DNA of 64,000 nt, taken from the IMG/VR virus record IMGVR_UViG_3300028706_000004. The stretch is one strand, 5' to 3'. Each line of letters opens with the position of its first letter. Within the stretch, counting starts at the first letter, position 1. This DNA comes from a virus. Position numbers and translations under genes: made by a program. The notes beneath the pieces are model-generated. The model was not told the DNA's origin and did not search any database. It saw only the letters and a program-made list of their open reading frames with translations. This document shows positions 44,514 through 54,379 of this stretch, piece after piece.

Positions 44514-44915
44514 GTGGAATGTCAATGTGATCCCAATTGTGACTGCCGTACAGAATCTAAATACTTCTACGCAGCAAAAGTTTTACGAGTAGTCGACGGT
44601 GACACTATCGACGCCATGATCGATGTCGGTTTCGACATTCATCACAAAGCTCGTCTTCGCCTCCTCGGGATAAACACTCCCGAGACTCGTACCAAGGATT
44701 TGGTTGAAAAGGCTGCGGGTAAGGCTGCCACGGCTTACGCCATCGATTGGCTTGATGGTCTCGACACGATCTACATTCAAACTCACAAAGACAAGAGCGG
44801 CAAGTTCGGACGAATATTGGCCGACATCTATTGTGATGAGAATAAGAGCGCCTGCTTGAATGAGGATCTGGTCGACGGGGGTCATGCCACGGTTTATCAT
44901 GGCGGTAAGCGCTGA
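44514..44915 (+). CDS. Staphylococcal nuclease (SNase)-like protein
   Basis: VLRVVDGDTI..RLRLLGINTPE..KFGRILA. Confidence 0.9.
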   Translation: MECQCDPNCDCRTESKYFYAAKVLRVVDGDTIDAMIDVGFDIHHKARLRLLGINTPETRTKDLVEKAAGKAATAYAIDWLDGLDTIYIQTHKDKSGKFGRILADIYCDENKSACLNEDLVDGGHATVYHGGKR

Positions 44916-44980
44916 TCGTCATTTCAGAATCTTAAGCTAAAAGACGCCGCAAAGCGACCCCCTTGTGGTTCAATGTAGGC

Positions 44981-45406
44981 ATGACGACGGAGCACCGCAA
45001 ATCTCCCCGACGTTCCGTTGAGCGAATCGAGCGACTCGGTGGTTGGGGGAAAGTCAAATACCATCACCACTTAGAGTGTGGCCACATAGAGGTCCGTAAC
45101 AGGGCGTCTACGGCACCCAAGATTGCTTGCGTTTGGTGTTTGAAGACAGCCGAGCGAGATGCTGAGTGGAAAAATCCGGGGGCCGCTGAAAAAAATTCCA
45201 TCATAAGCATTGACTACGCCGCCGATCTAGGACAAGATGAGTTGGTCATCGAGCAGACTCGTGCAGCACTCGCCAGAGAGCTTTCGGTTCCGTCCGATGT
45301 CATCGACATAGTCGCCGTGGACGCTGGGGGAAATCTGGAAATCCAGTCTGCGTTGGTGTTTCTATCAGCTGACGACGTAAATCGGATTACTAGGCGGAAG
45401 GGATAG
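44981..45406 (+). CDS. Hypothetical protein with Cys/His cluster
   Basis: HHHLECGH...ACVWC; start reassigned. Confidence 0.6.
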   Translation: MTTEHRKSPRRSVERIERLGGWGKVKYHHHLECGHIEVRNRASTAPKIACVWCLKTAERDAEWKNPGAAEKNSIISIDYAADLGQDELVIEQTRAALARELSVPSDVIDIVAVDAGGNLEIQSALVFLSADDVNRITRRKG

Positions 45407-45407
45407 C

Positions 45408-45788
45408 GTGATTATAGAGAAACCGCCTCTTATGCCGCCCGACACGGGGGCCTGTACCGGGAAACCCACAGACTGGTGGTTTCCTCTCCGAAAGAAAGAA
45501 ACACAGGGAGCAGCTCTAGCAGAAGCCAAAGAAAACGCAATTGTAGCAAAGTTGATCTGTCAGTCGTGTTCTAGTATTAGTGAGTGTTTGGAATATTCTC
45601 TTCATCATGAGCCCCTAGGAATATGGGGTGGCATGGATGAAACAGAACGTGCAATACTAAGACGCTCTAGAAACATTTACGCTGATCGTTCTGCACGAGT
45701 GTATTTACCGGGTGCCCGAAGTGGGCGTGGTGGAACACGATCTTCGAATCCAACAGGGTATAGCCCGGGCAGACCTAAGCAAAGATGA
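45408..45788 (+). CDS. whiB: WhiB-family transcription factor
   Basis: AC..WWFP...C..C....C...GIWGG..E.ER. Confidence 0.9.
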   Translation: MIIEKPPLMPPDTGACTGKPTDWWFPLRKKETQGAALAEAKENAIVAKLICQSCSSISECLEYSLHHEPLGIWGGMDETERAILRRSRNIYADRSARVYLPGARSGRGGTRSSNPTGYSPGRPKQR

Positions 45789-47569
45789 ACTATAACCACA
45801 CCGCTTCCTTCTTAGAACGTCTCGATGGTGTCACTACTTCCAGTAATGGATGGGAAGCCCGTTGTCCTTGTAGACAAGACGACAATAATCCATCGTTATC
45901 CATACACGAAAAAGATGACGGACAAATATTGGTCCACTGTCATCGATCTGCAGGAGCGTGTGGCGCTGCAGAAATAGTTGCGTCTATTGGTTTAACTCTG
46001 GCAGATTTACGACCAGACAGCAAGAATTCGTCAACAGATTTCGACCCGCCTAAGTACGAAAAGTCAACACCTAAAAAACTTACTTTTGTAAGTAAATATG
46101 AATACAAAGATGCCGACAATGTGCTTCTTTTCGAAAAAGTTCGTTTTGTTGAACCTGATGGTAAGAAAACGTTTCGTCAAAGACGACCTGACGGTTCTGG
46201 TGGATGGACCTACAAGCTGGGCAGCACGCCTAAGGTTCTTTACAATTTGCCTAAGGTGCTTAGACAGAAAGAGAACGGCGAGTCCATCTTCGTCGTGGAG
46301 GGCGAGAAGGACTGCGACACACTGACCGAACTGGGTGCCTGCGCTACAACGATGCCGGGTGGTGCGGGAAAGTGGTTAGAAATACATACTGAAGCTCTTG
46401 CTGGGGCAACGGTAGACATCATCGCCGACAACGATGAAATCGGAAGAAAGCACGCTCTTCATGTCTATGGGGAACTCAAAAAGGCGGGCTGTGATGTTGA
46501 GATTTTCAAATGTCCAGAAGCAAAAGACATCACTGACCATATCGAAGCTGGGGGTTCTACAACCGAACTCATAAAAGTTGAGTCAGACATACTCAAGTCT
46601 GAGTTTGAGGGGCAAGAATCACAGCCAGAGCTAGAAGAAACACCAGAAGAAGAGCTTCCCCCACCTTCACCGGAAGAACTGGCTCTCGAACAAATACGGC
46701 AACTTCTTGATGACCCCAACAAAACCCCAACACAAATACTTAATAAGGCACAACAACTAACCCAGACCCGTGAAGAAACGACTCTCAGAGATGAGGGTCG
46801 TTTGGTCGTATGGGACGAGTTCCTCCAAGAAACTGTCAACGACGATTATGACTGGTTGATTCCCGGCCTTCTAGAACGTAGAGAACGGGTAATGGTGGTA
46901 GCTGCAGAAGGTGTCGGCAAAACAATGCTCGCCCGACAAGTCGCCATTTGTTCTGGTTTGGGCGTAAACCCATTTACATTCCAGAAGATGCCCCAAATCC
47001 GAACACTGACAGTTGACTTAGAAAATCCCGAAAGAATCATCCGGCGCACATCCAGAAACATCGTTGGTGCGGCCAAGTCCATGGGCTTCGCTGACAAAAT
47101 GCATGCACATTTATTCATTAAGCCAGACGGGCTTGATCTACTAAATGCTCATGACCGAATTCTGCTAGAGCAACACATAGAGGAAACCAAACCAGACATG
47201 CTGGTAATGGGACCGCTCTACAAAGCTTTCCTAGATCCGGGAACCCGAACTTCCGAAGCTGTGGCCGTCGAGGTAGCCCGATACTTAGACACGCTCCGCA
47301 CTATCTATGGATGTGCCCTGTGGTTAGAACATCACGCCCCTTTAGGGAGCTCCATGACTAGCCGAGAGTTGCGTCCTTTCGGGTCAGCCGTTTGGTCTCG
47401 TTGGCCCGAATTCGGGCTTGCTTTACAACCAGATCCCACCCATATGGGAGAATATGTATATGAAGTTAATCACTTCAGAGGCGCACGCGACATAAGATAT
47501 TGGCCGTTGCAAATGAAGCGCGGGAAAAAGTTTCCCTTTGAAGTAACACAGTTTATGGACGTAAGTTAA
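45785..47569 (+). CDS. Primase-helicase (Zn-binding + TOPRIM + RepA/AAA_25-like helicase)
   Basis: ARCPC..D.NPSLS, VVEGEKD, IADNDE.G, AAEGVGKT, DLEN. Confidence 0.9.
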   Translation: MNYNHTASFLERLDGVTTSSNGWEARCPCRQDDNNPSLSIHEKDDGQILVHCHRSAGACGAAEIVASIGLTLADLRPDSKNSSTDFDPPKYEKSTPKKLTFVSKYEYKDADNVLLFEKVRFVEPDGKKTFRQRRPDGSGGWTYKLGSTPKVLYNLPKVLRQKENGESIFVVEGEKDCDTLTELGACATTMPGGAGKWLEIHTEALAGATVDIIADNDEIGRKHALHVYGELKKAGCDVEIFKCPEAKDITDHIEAGGSTTELIKVESDILKSEFEGQESQPELEETPEEELPPPSPEELALEQIRQLLDDPNKTPTQILNKAQQLTQTREETTLRDEGRLVVWDEFLQETVNDDYDWLIPGLLERRERVMVVAAEGVGKTMLARQVAICSGLGVNPFTFQKMPQIRTLTVDLENPERIIRRTSRNIVGAAKSMGFADKMHAHLFIKPDGLDLLNAHDRILLEQHIEETKPDMLVMGPLYKAFLDPGTRTSEAVAVEVARYLDTLRTIYGCALWLEHHAPLGSSMTSRELRPFGSAVWSRWPEFGLALQPDPTHMGEYVYEVNHFRGARDIRYWPLQMKRGKKFPFEVTQFMDVS

Positions 47570-47571
47570 TT

Positions 47572-48252
47572 ATGGCAGCAGACGGAACAAGCAAAGCCCT
47601 GACTAGGGAGTTTCTGGCAGAACGCGACCTTCGCATGTTCAAAATGCGGCAGGGTGGCGTAACTTCCCAAGAAATAGGTCGTCGTTTTGGGGTATCCACT
47701 TCTGTAGTTTCAAAATCCATCGGTCGGCAGCTAGAACGCATGAACCGTGAAGCCCTTATGGCTTATCCAGAAGTTCTACGAATGGAATTGGAACGTCTTG
47801 ATTCGCTACAAGCGGCAATTTGGCCCATGACCCAACATCGCAGGGTTTCTCTAGACGATGGCACGGAAATTCAAGTGGAGCCAGACATGAAGGCAATTCA
47901 GCAAGTTCTGTCGATTATGGACCGACGCTCGAAGCTCTTAGGTATGGAAAGTAATAATATTTCCATTCAAATGGACATGTCGACCAACCTTTCCGACCCC
48001 ATTCGAGTGTCTATGGTTGGCGACAATGATGCTGCACCACTAGCCCAGTTCTCTCCCGAGCAAGAAGCCAAAGAATTGTTGCAATTGATGGCCAAAAGCG
48101 GTGTTTTGCCACAAGAAGAAGTAGACCAAATGTTGGGTTCCAAAGTATTAGATGTTCCTGAAGAAGACATCTTGGATTCCGCCGATGACGGCATCGTCGA
48201 AGCGGAGATTATAGAGCTTCCCCTACCAGCCCAGTCTGAAGACCTAGACTGA
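47572..48252 (+). CDS. HTH DNA-binding protein, possible terminase small subunit
   Basis: N-terminal HTH (QEIGRRFGVS); ELERLD.L...W...AI..VL.IMDRR.KLLG. Confidence 0.6.
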   Translation: MAADGTSKALTREFLAERDLRMFKMRQGGVTSQEIGRRFGVSTSVVSKSIGRQLERMNREALMAYPEVLRMELERLDSLQAAIWPMTQHRRVSLDDGTEIQVEPDMKAIQQVLSIMDRRSKLLGMESNNISIQMDMSTNLSDPIRVSMVGDNDAAPLAQFSPEQEAKELLQLMAKSGVLPQEEVDQMLGSKVLDVPEEDILDSADDGIVEAEIIELPLPAQSEDLD

Positions 48253-48257
48253 TATAC

Positions 48258-48845
48258 ATGAGCGACTCAACGAATATCCCGATGTCTCAATACCTCCCCG
48301 CAGATGCCGAGGACGACGCCGAGGAACCTGAACAGACAGAAACTGTTGAGACCGACGAGCTCCAAGCTTTTCTCGACGAGATGGGGGGGATTGAGCTCGC
48401 TATGGAATCAGAACCAGAGCCAAAACCAGAACCAACAGTTCAATATGACCCACTTGCGGCTGCCGCTCAACTGTCCCAAAAAATCCACGACGACAATGAG
48501 ATTGCTACTCAACAGGACAACGTCGAAGCGGCTATGGACAAACTGGCAGAAACCTTAGATCCCAAAATTTCTACAAAGATCAGTGACGACGACGGCCCGG
48601 CTGATAAGCAGATTCTTATTCGCTCCACGCAAAAAGATCATGAGCGCTGGAAAGTCGCAGCCGAGCGTGAAGGTAAGTCGTTATCTGGATTTGTTCGTGA
48701 CATCGTCAATACTTCAGTTACGGAAATTTTAGACTGTTCTCACCCCATGGAATACCGAGAGAGCTATCCATGGTCCGAACGATGTCTTAAATGCGACACT
48801 CGCCTATGGAGCTCAAACGAAACCCACATCGAGAACCGACGGTGA
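48258..48845 (+). CDS. Acidic protein with C-terminal ribbon-helix-helix-like domain
   Basis: ILIRSTQKDHERWKVAAEREGKSLSGFVRDIV. Confidence 0.6.
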   Translation: MSDSTNIPMSQYLPADAEDDAEEPEQTETVETDELQAFLDEMGGIELAMESEPEPKPEPTVQYDPLAAAAQLSQKIHDDNEIATQQDNVEAAMDKLAETLDPKISTKISDDDGPADKQILIRSTQKDHERWKVAAEREGKSLSGFVRDIVNTSVTEILDCSHPMEYRESYPWSERCLKCDTRLWSSNETHIENRR

Positions 48846-48991
48846 TTGAGCTCCGCCCTGCGGAAAAGTACGCATTCTGTCTTGAGTGCGATAGATTCAA
48901 GAGGCTCACCAAGCGTTGCAAAGAATGTGGTTGCTTTATGCCGTTAAAGGTTCGTGTTCCGGGTCTTCACTGTCCTATCGATAAATGGTGA
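48842..48991 (+). CDS. Small Cys-rich protein (49 aa)
   Basis: C..C......RC..CGCFMPLK....HCP..KW; GTGA overlap start. Confidence 0.7.
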   Translation: MIELRPAEKYAFCLECDRFKRLTKRCKECGCFMPLKVRVPGLHCPIDKW

Positions 48992-48996
48992 TCTGA

Positions 48997-49503
48997 ATGC
49001 CTATCCTCAGCTGCGCTATTGACGATCAGATGATCGAAGAAGCCAAGCGACTGGCAGCGGAGGTTCCTCTTCTCCCCCATTCCATTCGGAAAGGCGAGGG
49101 AACGGTTTACGGGTTCCTCGGCGAGCTGGTGTTCTTACGCCTCGTCGGAGGTAACCATGAGAACACCTATGACTTCGACGTTGTCATGCGTAGCGGTATG
49201 CGTGTCGATGTGAAGACCAAGATGGTTACGTCCGCCCCACGCCCCCATTACGAATGCTCTATCGCCGCGTCTAACACTAAGCAGGACTGTGACGTGTACG
49301 CCTTCGTTCGGGTACACGAGGACATGACCCAAGGTTGGTACTGCGGAGCGATGTTCAAAGACTTGTTCTTTGCAGAAGCCCGCCCTGTCAAGAAGGGCGA
49401 GATAGATCACTCAAATGGCTGGGTGGCATCAGCCGATTGCTTCAATGTCAGGATCGCTGACCTGACGCATCAGGCGCCGTCTAGTTCGTTGTCTTATCGG
49501 TAA
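48997..49503 (+). CDS. Putative PD-(D/E)XK nuclease-fold protein
   Basis: GELVF...DFDV...VDVKTK. Confidence 0.5.
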   Translation: MPILSCAIDDQMIEEAKRLAAEVPLLPHSIRKGEGTVYGFLGELVFLRLVGGNHENTYDFDVVMRSGMRVDVKTKMVTSAPRPHYECSIAASNTKQDCDVYAFVRVHEDMTQGWYCGAMFKDLFFAEARPVKKGEIDHSNGWVASADCFNVRIADLTHQAPSSSLSYR

Positions 49504-49519
49504 GTGGTAACTTTAATAC

Positions 49520-49738
49520 ATGGCTCACAAATACACTTGTGAATGGCTATACCACTTCACCTGTTCAGACTGTAAAAACTGGTGGTCATGGTCTTTGAGC
49601 CTGCCCGGACTTCAATATGTTCAAAAAAGCTGGCATTGTCCCCATTGTGGGAAGGTCAACGAGATACAAGATGCGGCGATTCGAGACCATTCGGAATCAC
49701 CATTTGGTTCTGGGCCAGAAACGCCTGACGAAAACTAG
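49520..49738 (+). CDS. Small zinc-ribbon protein
   Basis: CSDC...CPHC. Confidence 0.6.
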   Translation: MAHKYTCEWLYHFTCSDCKNWWSWSLSLPGLQYVQKSWHCPHCGKVNEIQDAAIRDHSESPFGSGPETPDEN

Positions 49739-49749
49739 TCGCACATCCC

Positions 49750-51675
49750 TTACTTGATGGGACAAGCTCCCCCTTCACAATCGTCTATTTCAACTTCGTG
49801 GTTGCCATTCGTTTGTGACAACGGAACTGAAAAGTCAATCTTAGAAAGCATCTTTATATATTCTGCCTCAGAAAACTCTTCATATGGGGGCATAGGGAAA
49901 TTATGATCTGCATGTAACAAAAATGAAACAGACTTAATTGATTTTGTATAGTTATTCTTTAGCCACTCTTTTATCTCCGGAAGTTCGTCTTTCCGGTAAT
50001 ACACCGTGACAGACACACAGTTGTCCGCCCAGTCTGTTTGCATTCGCTTAACCCATTCCAGCTGATCCACAGCAGTCATATCGGCAGCCAAAATGGCACC
50101 CTCTGGAGATTGACATGGAAATTCCACCACATAGGAGGTGTGGTCCTCGCGCCCATCTAGCCCAACGTCGTATTGGACATTGTGCCCACGCTTGCGACAC
50201 GCTTCAACTAAGGGGTCGGTAGAACGAAATCGAACACGGCGAATGTAATACTTAGCGAACCCGGGATGAATTCCCGGCGTAATCCCCGGCAAGAGAGACA
50301 ATGTGCCCGAAGGTTGAATTGTTGTAATTCGTACCGACTCTGGCAGTCCCATTTTCTCTGACTCTCGCTTATCTAAATCATCCAAATATTCATACATCGT
50401 CGGCAACCAAGCCAGCTGCTTCTCAGATGATTGCAATACTCCCGTAATCGATTGTCCAAGCCGAGTATTTTTACTTACGATGTTTGTGGTTTTTTCATAA
50501 GGATATTCGAGTTGGGTAACGGCCTTCTGTGTCTTGTATAAGAGATACGAAATCTCACGGAACTCTTTCAGCGATTCAATATTCGGGAGAAAAATCGTCG
50601 CCAAATTGCAGCTCTCGCCGTCACCGAGCGCGATCTCAGCGCAGGGGTTAAACCCCTCCACGCTGTTATCTGTCTTTGCCTCTCCGAGCCTTCCAACCCG
50701 GCGAGCCAGTTTACGATTAACGAGTCCATATGGTTCCCCACTCCCGTCATACCCATTCCAGAATTCAGGCATGATTTCATCAAATGAATCGGCATAAATT
50801 GAATTATTACTGCTAGAGCGCCATGCCGGGATCTTTCCGGTTCCCCAGTTCTTAGCTCTCAGAAACAGCACGTCGTCCGGGTCCCCTATGGCGATCTGTG
50901 CAGATCGACGAGATGAACCAGAAACAACAATTCTTCCGATTATGTTACAAATATCTAAAACATCTACGCTACGAAGTTTCTTACCTGCGCGATTATCCAT
51001 AACACCGCAGATGTCTTTTAATCCGTCGATAAGGGCTGCAGGGCCAGAAGCTGTTCCCCCAAAAGTTTTTAGTTTCGCTCCAAACTCCCTAACCAAAATG
51101 GTGGAATAGCTGAAGGATTTACCTGTGTCCAAGTAAGACTTCAACGTAGAGTGAAGCATCCGCGACCATCCCTGTCGCGAATCGGGCACGATAATGTCGG
51201 CATCGTTGGTCCGCTCGTGGGTGATTTCCACTCCCACTTTGACTTTGGGAAATTCGTGGATCTTTGCACGTTCAACTGAATAACCAACGCCACCACCCAA
51301 CATGAGCATGTCGAACAGAAATTCAAAGTCCTCGATAGTTTCGATATTGACGTAGTAACAGTTATTCAAACTTGCACCGTTGAGCTTCTGAACCAGCGGC
51401 GTCCCTAGTTGCCACAGTGCGCGACCTGAGAAGGAGCAGCGCAGATTGAACATGTGGTCGAACAGACGTTCGGCCTCCTTCTGCGTGTAGTCAACTCCGA
51501 TGTCAGCTGCGCCGTTAATGACCCGCTGTAACGTCTCTGGCCATATCTCGATTGTCCCATCGCCTTTTGATCGGCTGTACGTTCGTAGATAGACAACTTC
51601 ACCCATCCCCCCAAAACCCCATGGGGGCGTCTCTAGGGCGTAACGGTCTACGAATTCTTGGGTTAGCAGGGTCAT
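49750..51675 (-). CDS. nrdJ: Class II (adenosylcobalamin-dependent) ribonucleotide reductase
   Basis: NNC, NPCAEI...ESCNL, TTIQPSGTLSLL, C-terminal CEGGACPIK. Confidence 0.92.
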   Translation of the reverse strand: MTLLTQEFVDRYALETPPWGFGGMGEVVYLRTYSRSKGDGTIEIWPETLQRVINGAADIGVDYTQKEAERLFDHMFNLRCSFSGRALWQLGTPLVQKLNGASLNNCYYVNIETIEDFEFLFDMLMLGGGVGYSVERAKIHEFPKVKVGVEITHERTNDADIIVPDSRQGWSRMLHSTLKSYLDTGKSFSYSTILVREFGAKLKTFGGTASGPAALIDGLKDICGVMDNRAGKKLRSVDVLDICNIIGRIVVSGSSRRSAQIAIGDPDDVLFLRAKNWGTGKIPAWRSSSNNSIYADSFDEIMPEFWNGYDGSGEPYGLVNRKLARRVGRLGEAKTDNSVEGFNPCAEIALGDGESCNLATIFLPNIESLKEFREISYLLYKTQKAVTQLEYPYEKTTNIVSKNTRLGQSITGVLQSSEKQLAWLPTMYEYLDDLDKRESEKMGLPESVRITTIQPSGTLSLLPGITPGIHPGFAKYYIRRVRFRSTDPLVEACRKRGHNVQYDVGLDGREDHTSYVVEFPCQSPEGAILAADMTAVDQLEWVKRMQTDWADNCVSVTVYYRKDELPEIKEWLKNNYTKSIKSVSFLLHADHNFPMPPYEEFSEAEYIKMLSKIDFSVPLSQTNGNHEVEIDDCEGGACPIK

Positions 51676-51745
51676 AATTAGTTCTCTCGGGCTTCTAAAC
51701 TTGTTCAGCCTTCTGATTGTATCGAATCAGAAATTGCGGAAACTG

Positions 51746-52027
51746 TCAAATCAATCCTAAGTTTCTAGCCTCATCTATAGAGATGAGTTTCCCCTTAGCA
51801 TATTTCAAAACTGTAATGGTAATGCCACCCGCTAGCTGACGTTCTTCGGTTATATCTTCTTCAACTAGATGCGTTTGTCCATCTCCATATCCAGAAATAT
51901 GATCTGGAGAGGAATCGACACCTTCCGGCTTGCAGTTACCTGAAGGGTCACCGCAAACAGGACAGGCAATAGGGGCAGCACGAAGTACCTCAATGTTGTA
52001 CTCGCCTATGCGTATCGCTTCCGACAT
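51746..52027 (-). CDS. Hypothetical protein with CPVC motif
   Basis: Start reassigned to MSEAIR. Confidence 0.55.
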   Translation of the reverse strand: MSEAIRIGEYNIEVLRAAPIACPVCGDPSGNCKPEGVDSSPDHISGYGDGQTHLVEEDITEERQLAGGITITVLKYAKGKLISIDEARNLGLI

Positions 52028-52080
52028 GCGTTGCTCATAGGCACTGTCCGGGGGGTAACCAACCATCCCCCAACATTACA

Positions 52081-53007
52081 TCAGGAAGTGGACTCCCACA
52101 GGTTGTCCAATCCCCTGACCATCCCCCCGTTGCGGAGAAACTCAACGGCGTATGACAGCCGGAAATGGAACTTGCCCGGTGTCCCCGGTGGGTACCGTTC
52201 CTCCAACAGAAGGACCGTGTACTCGAAGGGGTACCCGTCCCACTCGGCGTCGAACAGGTCATACCCGTCAGGGAGACCCGACGAAGAAGGCGGTGGGGCA
52301 GGAGTGCTTTGTTCGGGTGCGGGTCCGGGTTCGGGATCGGGCAGGGGAGCTTGGGTCGTCGTAGTAGTAGCTGGAGCAGCCGTCGTAGTCGTGGCCGGTG
52401 CGACTGTCGTAGTAGTCGTAGCTGGAGCCACCGTCGTTGTGGTCGCTGGAAGGTTCGAAACCCACACACCGTCTTCGTTGATCTCCATGACAGGTATGGA
52501 ATACCCGTAGTCACCCATGCAGAGCGACTGCCAGACGGTAAAGGTTGGGGTCATCGGGTTCGCTGCGGCCCAGTAGGGATCGTTGAACCGGCGAATAACC
52601 ATGTTGGCGTCCAGAATCCATTCGGGGATTAGACCCGAACTGAACATCAACGCTTCGATCTCTGGGTAGTTACCGTTGGCCCAATCGTCAATGGACAGAA
52701 TCTGCCCGTCGGTCAGACCGCCAGCCCAGTTATCCCACGCCGGGATAGTCCCATCCTCTTGGACGTTTGTGCCCTTGCCTCCGTGGAGTTCTTCGTAGTA
52801 GCGGAAGACGATGCCGGGAGGGATCGTGCCGTCAGCTTCCATCGTGGTGATGTGTGCGGCCCACTCGTCGTAAGTCATGTGGATGAACCCGTACTCCGTG
52901 GAGCAGGGTGAGTAGATCGCGTCGTGAGTAGCGGTCGCAGGGGTCGCAAACATCAGTAAACCTGCGAGAACGCCTGCCGTCAAAAATGGCAACGTTATTT
53001 TTTTCAT
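52081..53007 (-). CDS. Exported protein with Thr/Pro-rich linker
   Basis: Signal peptide (A-x-A sites); ATTTTVAP repeats. Confidence 0.75.
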   Translation of the reverse strand: MKKITLPFLTAGVLAGLLMFATPATATHDAIYSPCSTEYGFIHMTYDEWAAHITTMEADGTIPPGIVFRYYEELHGGKGTNVQEDGTIPAWDNWAGGLTDGQILSIDDWANGNYPEIEALMFSSGLIPEWILDANMVIRRFNDPYWAAANPMTPTFTVWQSLCMGDYGYSIPVMEINEDGVWVSNLPATTTTVAPATTTTTVAPATTTTAAPATTTTTQAPLPDPEPGPAPEQSTPAPPPSSSGLPDGYDLFDAEWDGYPFEYTVLLLEERYPPGTPGKFHFRLSYAVEFLRNGGMVRGLDNLWESTS

Positions 53008-53015
53008 GTTGATTC

Positions 53016-53315
53016 CTATGAACGCGCCTTATTAGTCCTGCGGCCTTCTAACGCTTGCCGCAGTCGCGCTTCAACTAGTAGGTGGGCTGTCAGGATACCC
53101 CAAATTGCTTGAAGGGCAAACCCTCCCCAAGAGGTTTTGCTAAGCCTCCAGAAGCTCCTAGTAAGGGTTTCTACCCTCTGGGTCCTTATAGCCCATAAGT
53201 CCCAAAGGATCACCGTCGCACTAAGAAGGAGCCACCCCATCACCCCCGTCTTTCGTTGCCCCTTCTCCAAGTCGATAGGACCCAGATACCCCTTTACGAA
53301 ATCGTTAGGGGTCAC
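53016..53315 (-). CDS. Small membrane protein
   Basis: Two hydrophobic segments; coupled to the upstream gene. Confidence 0.6.
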   Translation of the reverse strand: MTPNDFVKGYLGPIDLEKGQRKTGVMGWLLLSATVILWDLWAIRTQRVETLTRSFWRLSKTSWGGFALQAIWGILTAHLLVEARLRQALEGRRTNKARS

Positions 53316-53944
53316 CCAAATTCCTGAACATTAAATCCATTTTCGGTCAACACACCCATAACCATGTCTATGTCTTGACCCATAATGTCCGGATCGGGGT
53401 ATTCGGAAATACAGCGAGCGATTGTCGCTGGAATTTTCGCATTCGTAAGGACATCTCCAACGCCCCTCTCGAATCCTAAGGCGTCACCCCACACGACATG
53501 CCTGCCCAAAAGGTATTGATATGGCACGCTAACCAATGTCGCCATAGGTGTATTAAAATCATCCATCTCGACATGCGTAGCTGTTAGAACTTCTTCAATT
53601 TCCGCACTTTTATCAAGAAATGCCTTGAAGATGTCCTCCCCTTTATGTAGTTCTGGAGTTTTTGATTGAAACCCTTCTGCAACGAGTGTGATTGCATCAC
53701 ATTGCCAAAATTTACGCATCGCTTGTATTGCGTGTTCACATTTTTCTAAACGCGCAGCGGCAGGCTTCTTCATATCCGCCTTAGAACACTGAATTATTAA
53801 TATCAATTCATCCTCACACCAACCAAAAAAGTTGAAGGGGAGATCCTCGCCCACTCCGAGCTCATCAACGAGATTTTCTTTGGCATGTTGGGCTGCAGTC
53901 ATTGAAAGAGCCAGCTTGGAATAGGTATCCGGGTAGTTCTCCAT
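53312..53944 (-). CDS. Hypothetical protein
   Basis: 210-aa ORF with normal composition. Confidence 0.7.
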   Translation of the reverse strand: MENYPDTYSKLALSMTAAQHAKENLVDELGVGEDLPFNFFGWCEDELILIIQCSKADMKKPAAARLEKCEHAIQAMRKFWQCDAITLVAEGFQSKTPELHKGEDIFKAFLDKSAEIEEVLTATHVEMDDFNTPMATLVSVPYQYLLGRHVVWGDALGFERGVGDVLTNAKIPATIARCISEYPDPDIMGQDIDMVMGVLTENGFNVQEFG

Positions 53945-53992
53945 TGTTATGTAGACTACACAAGGTACAGACTGACAAAGGACACCCTATTT

Positions 53993-54379
53993 ATGGCTGA
54001 AAAGAAAAAACAACCCGCAGCTAAAAAGAAAGCTCCAGCCAAAAAGCCAGCGGCAAAAAAGGCAGCAGCCAAAAAGCCAGCGGCGAAAAAGGCAGCAGCC
54101 AGTAAGCCAGCGGCGAAAAAGGCAGCAGCCAGTAAGCCAGCGGCGAAAAAGCCTGCGGCCCAAAAGCCAGCAGCAAAATCTGGAACTCGCGCTACTACTC
54201 CACCACGGAATCCGGCAGCGAAAGAACGTGCTTCGGCACCCCCGGCAAAGAAAGCGGCGAAAAAGAAAGATCCGCTGCCTTACGCTCCGAAACCTCCTCC
54301 TGCTGCTGAGAAAATGGAATCACCAATTGTCGTGAAGAAACGAGGTTTCTTCTCCCGACTGTTTGGGCGCCGCCAATGA
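53993..54379 (+). CDS. Histone H1-like Lys/Ala/Pro-rich protein
   Basis: KKPAAKKAAA repeats. Confidence 0.75.
   Translation: MAEKKKQPAAKKKAPAKKPAAKKAAAKKPAAKKAAASKPAAKKAAASKPAAKKPAAQKPAAKSGTRATTPPRNPAAKERASAPPAKKAAKKKDPLPYAPKPPPAAEKMESPIVVKKRGFFSRLFGRRQ
54043..54150 (+). repeat. ~30-nt tandem repeats encoding KPAAKKAAA(S/K)
   Basis: aagccagcggcgaaaaaggcagcagcc units visible in the sequence. Confidence 0.8.
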
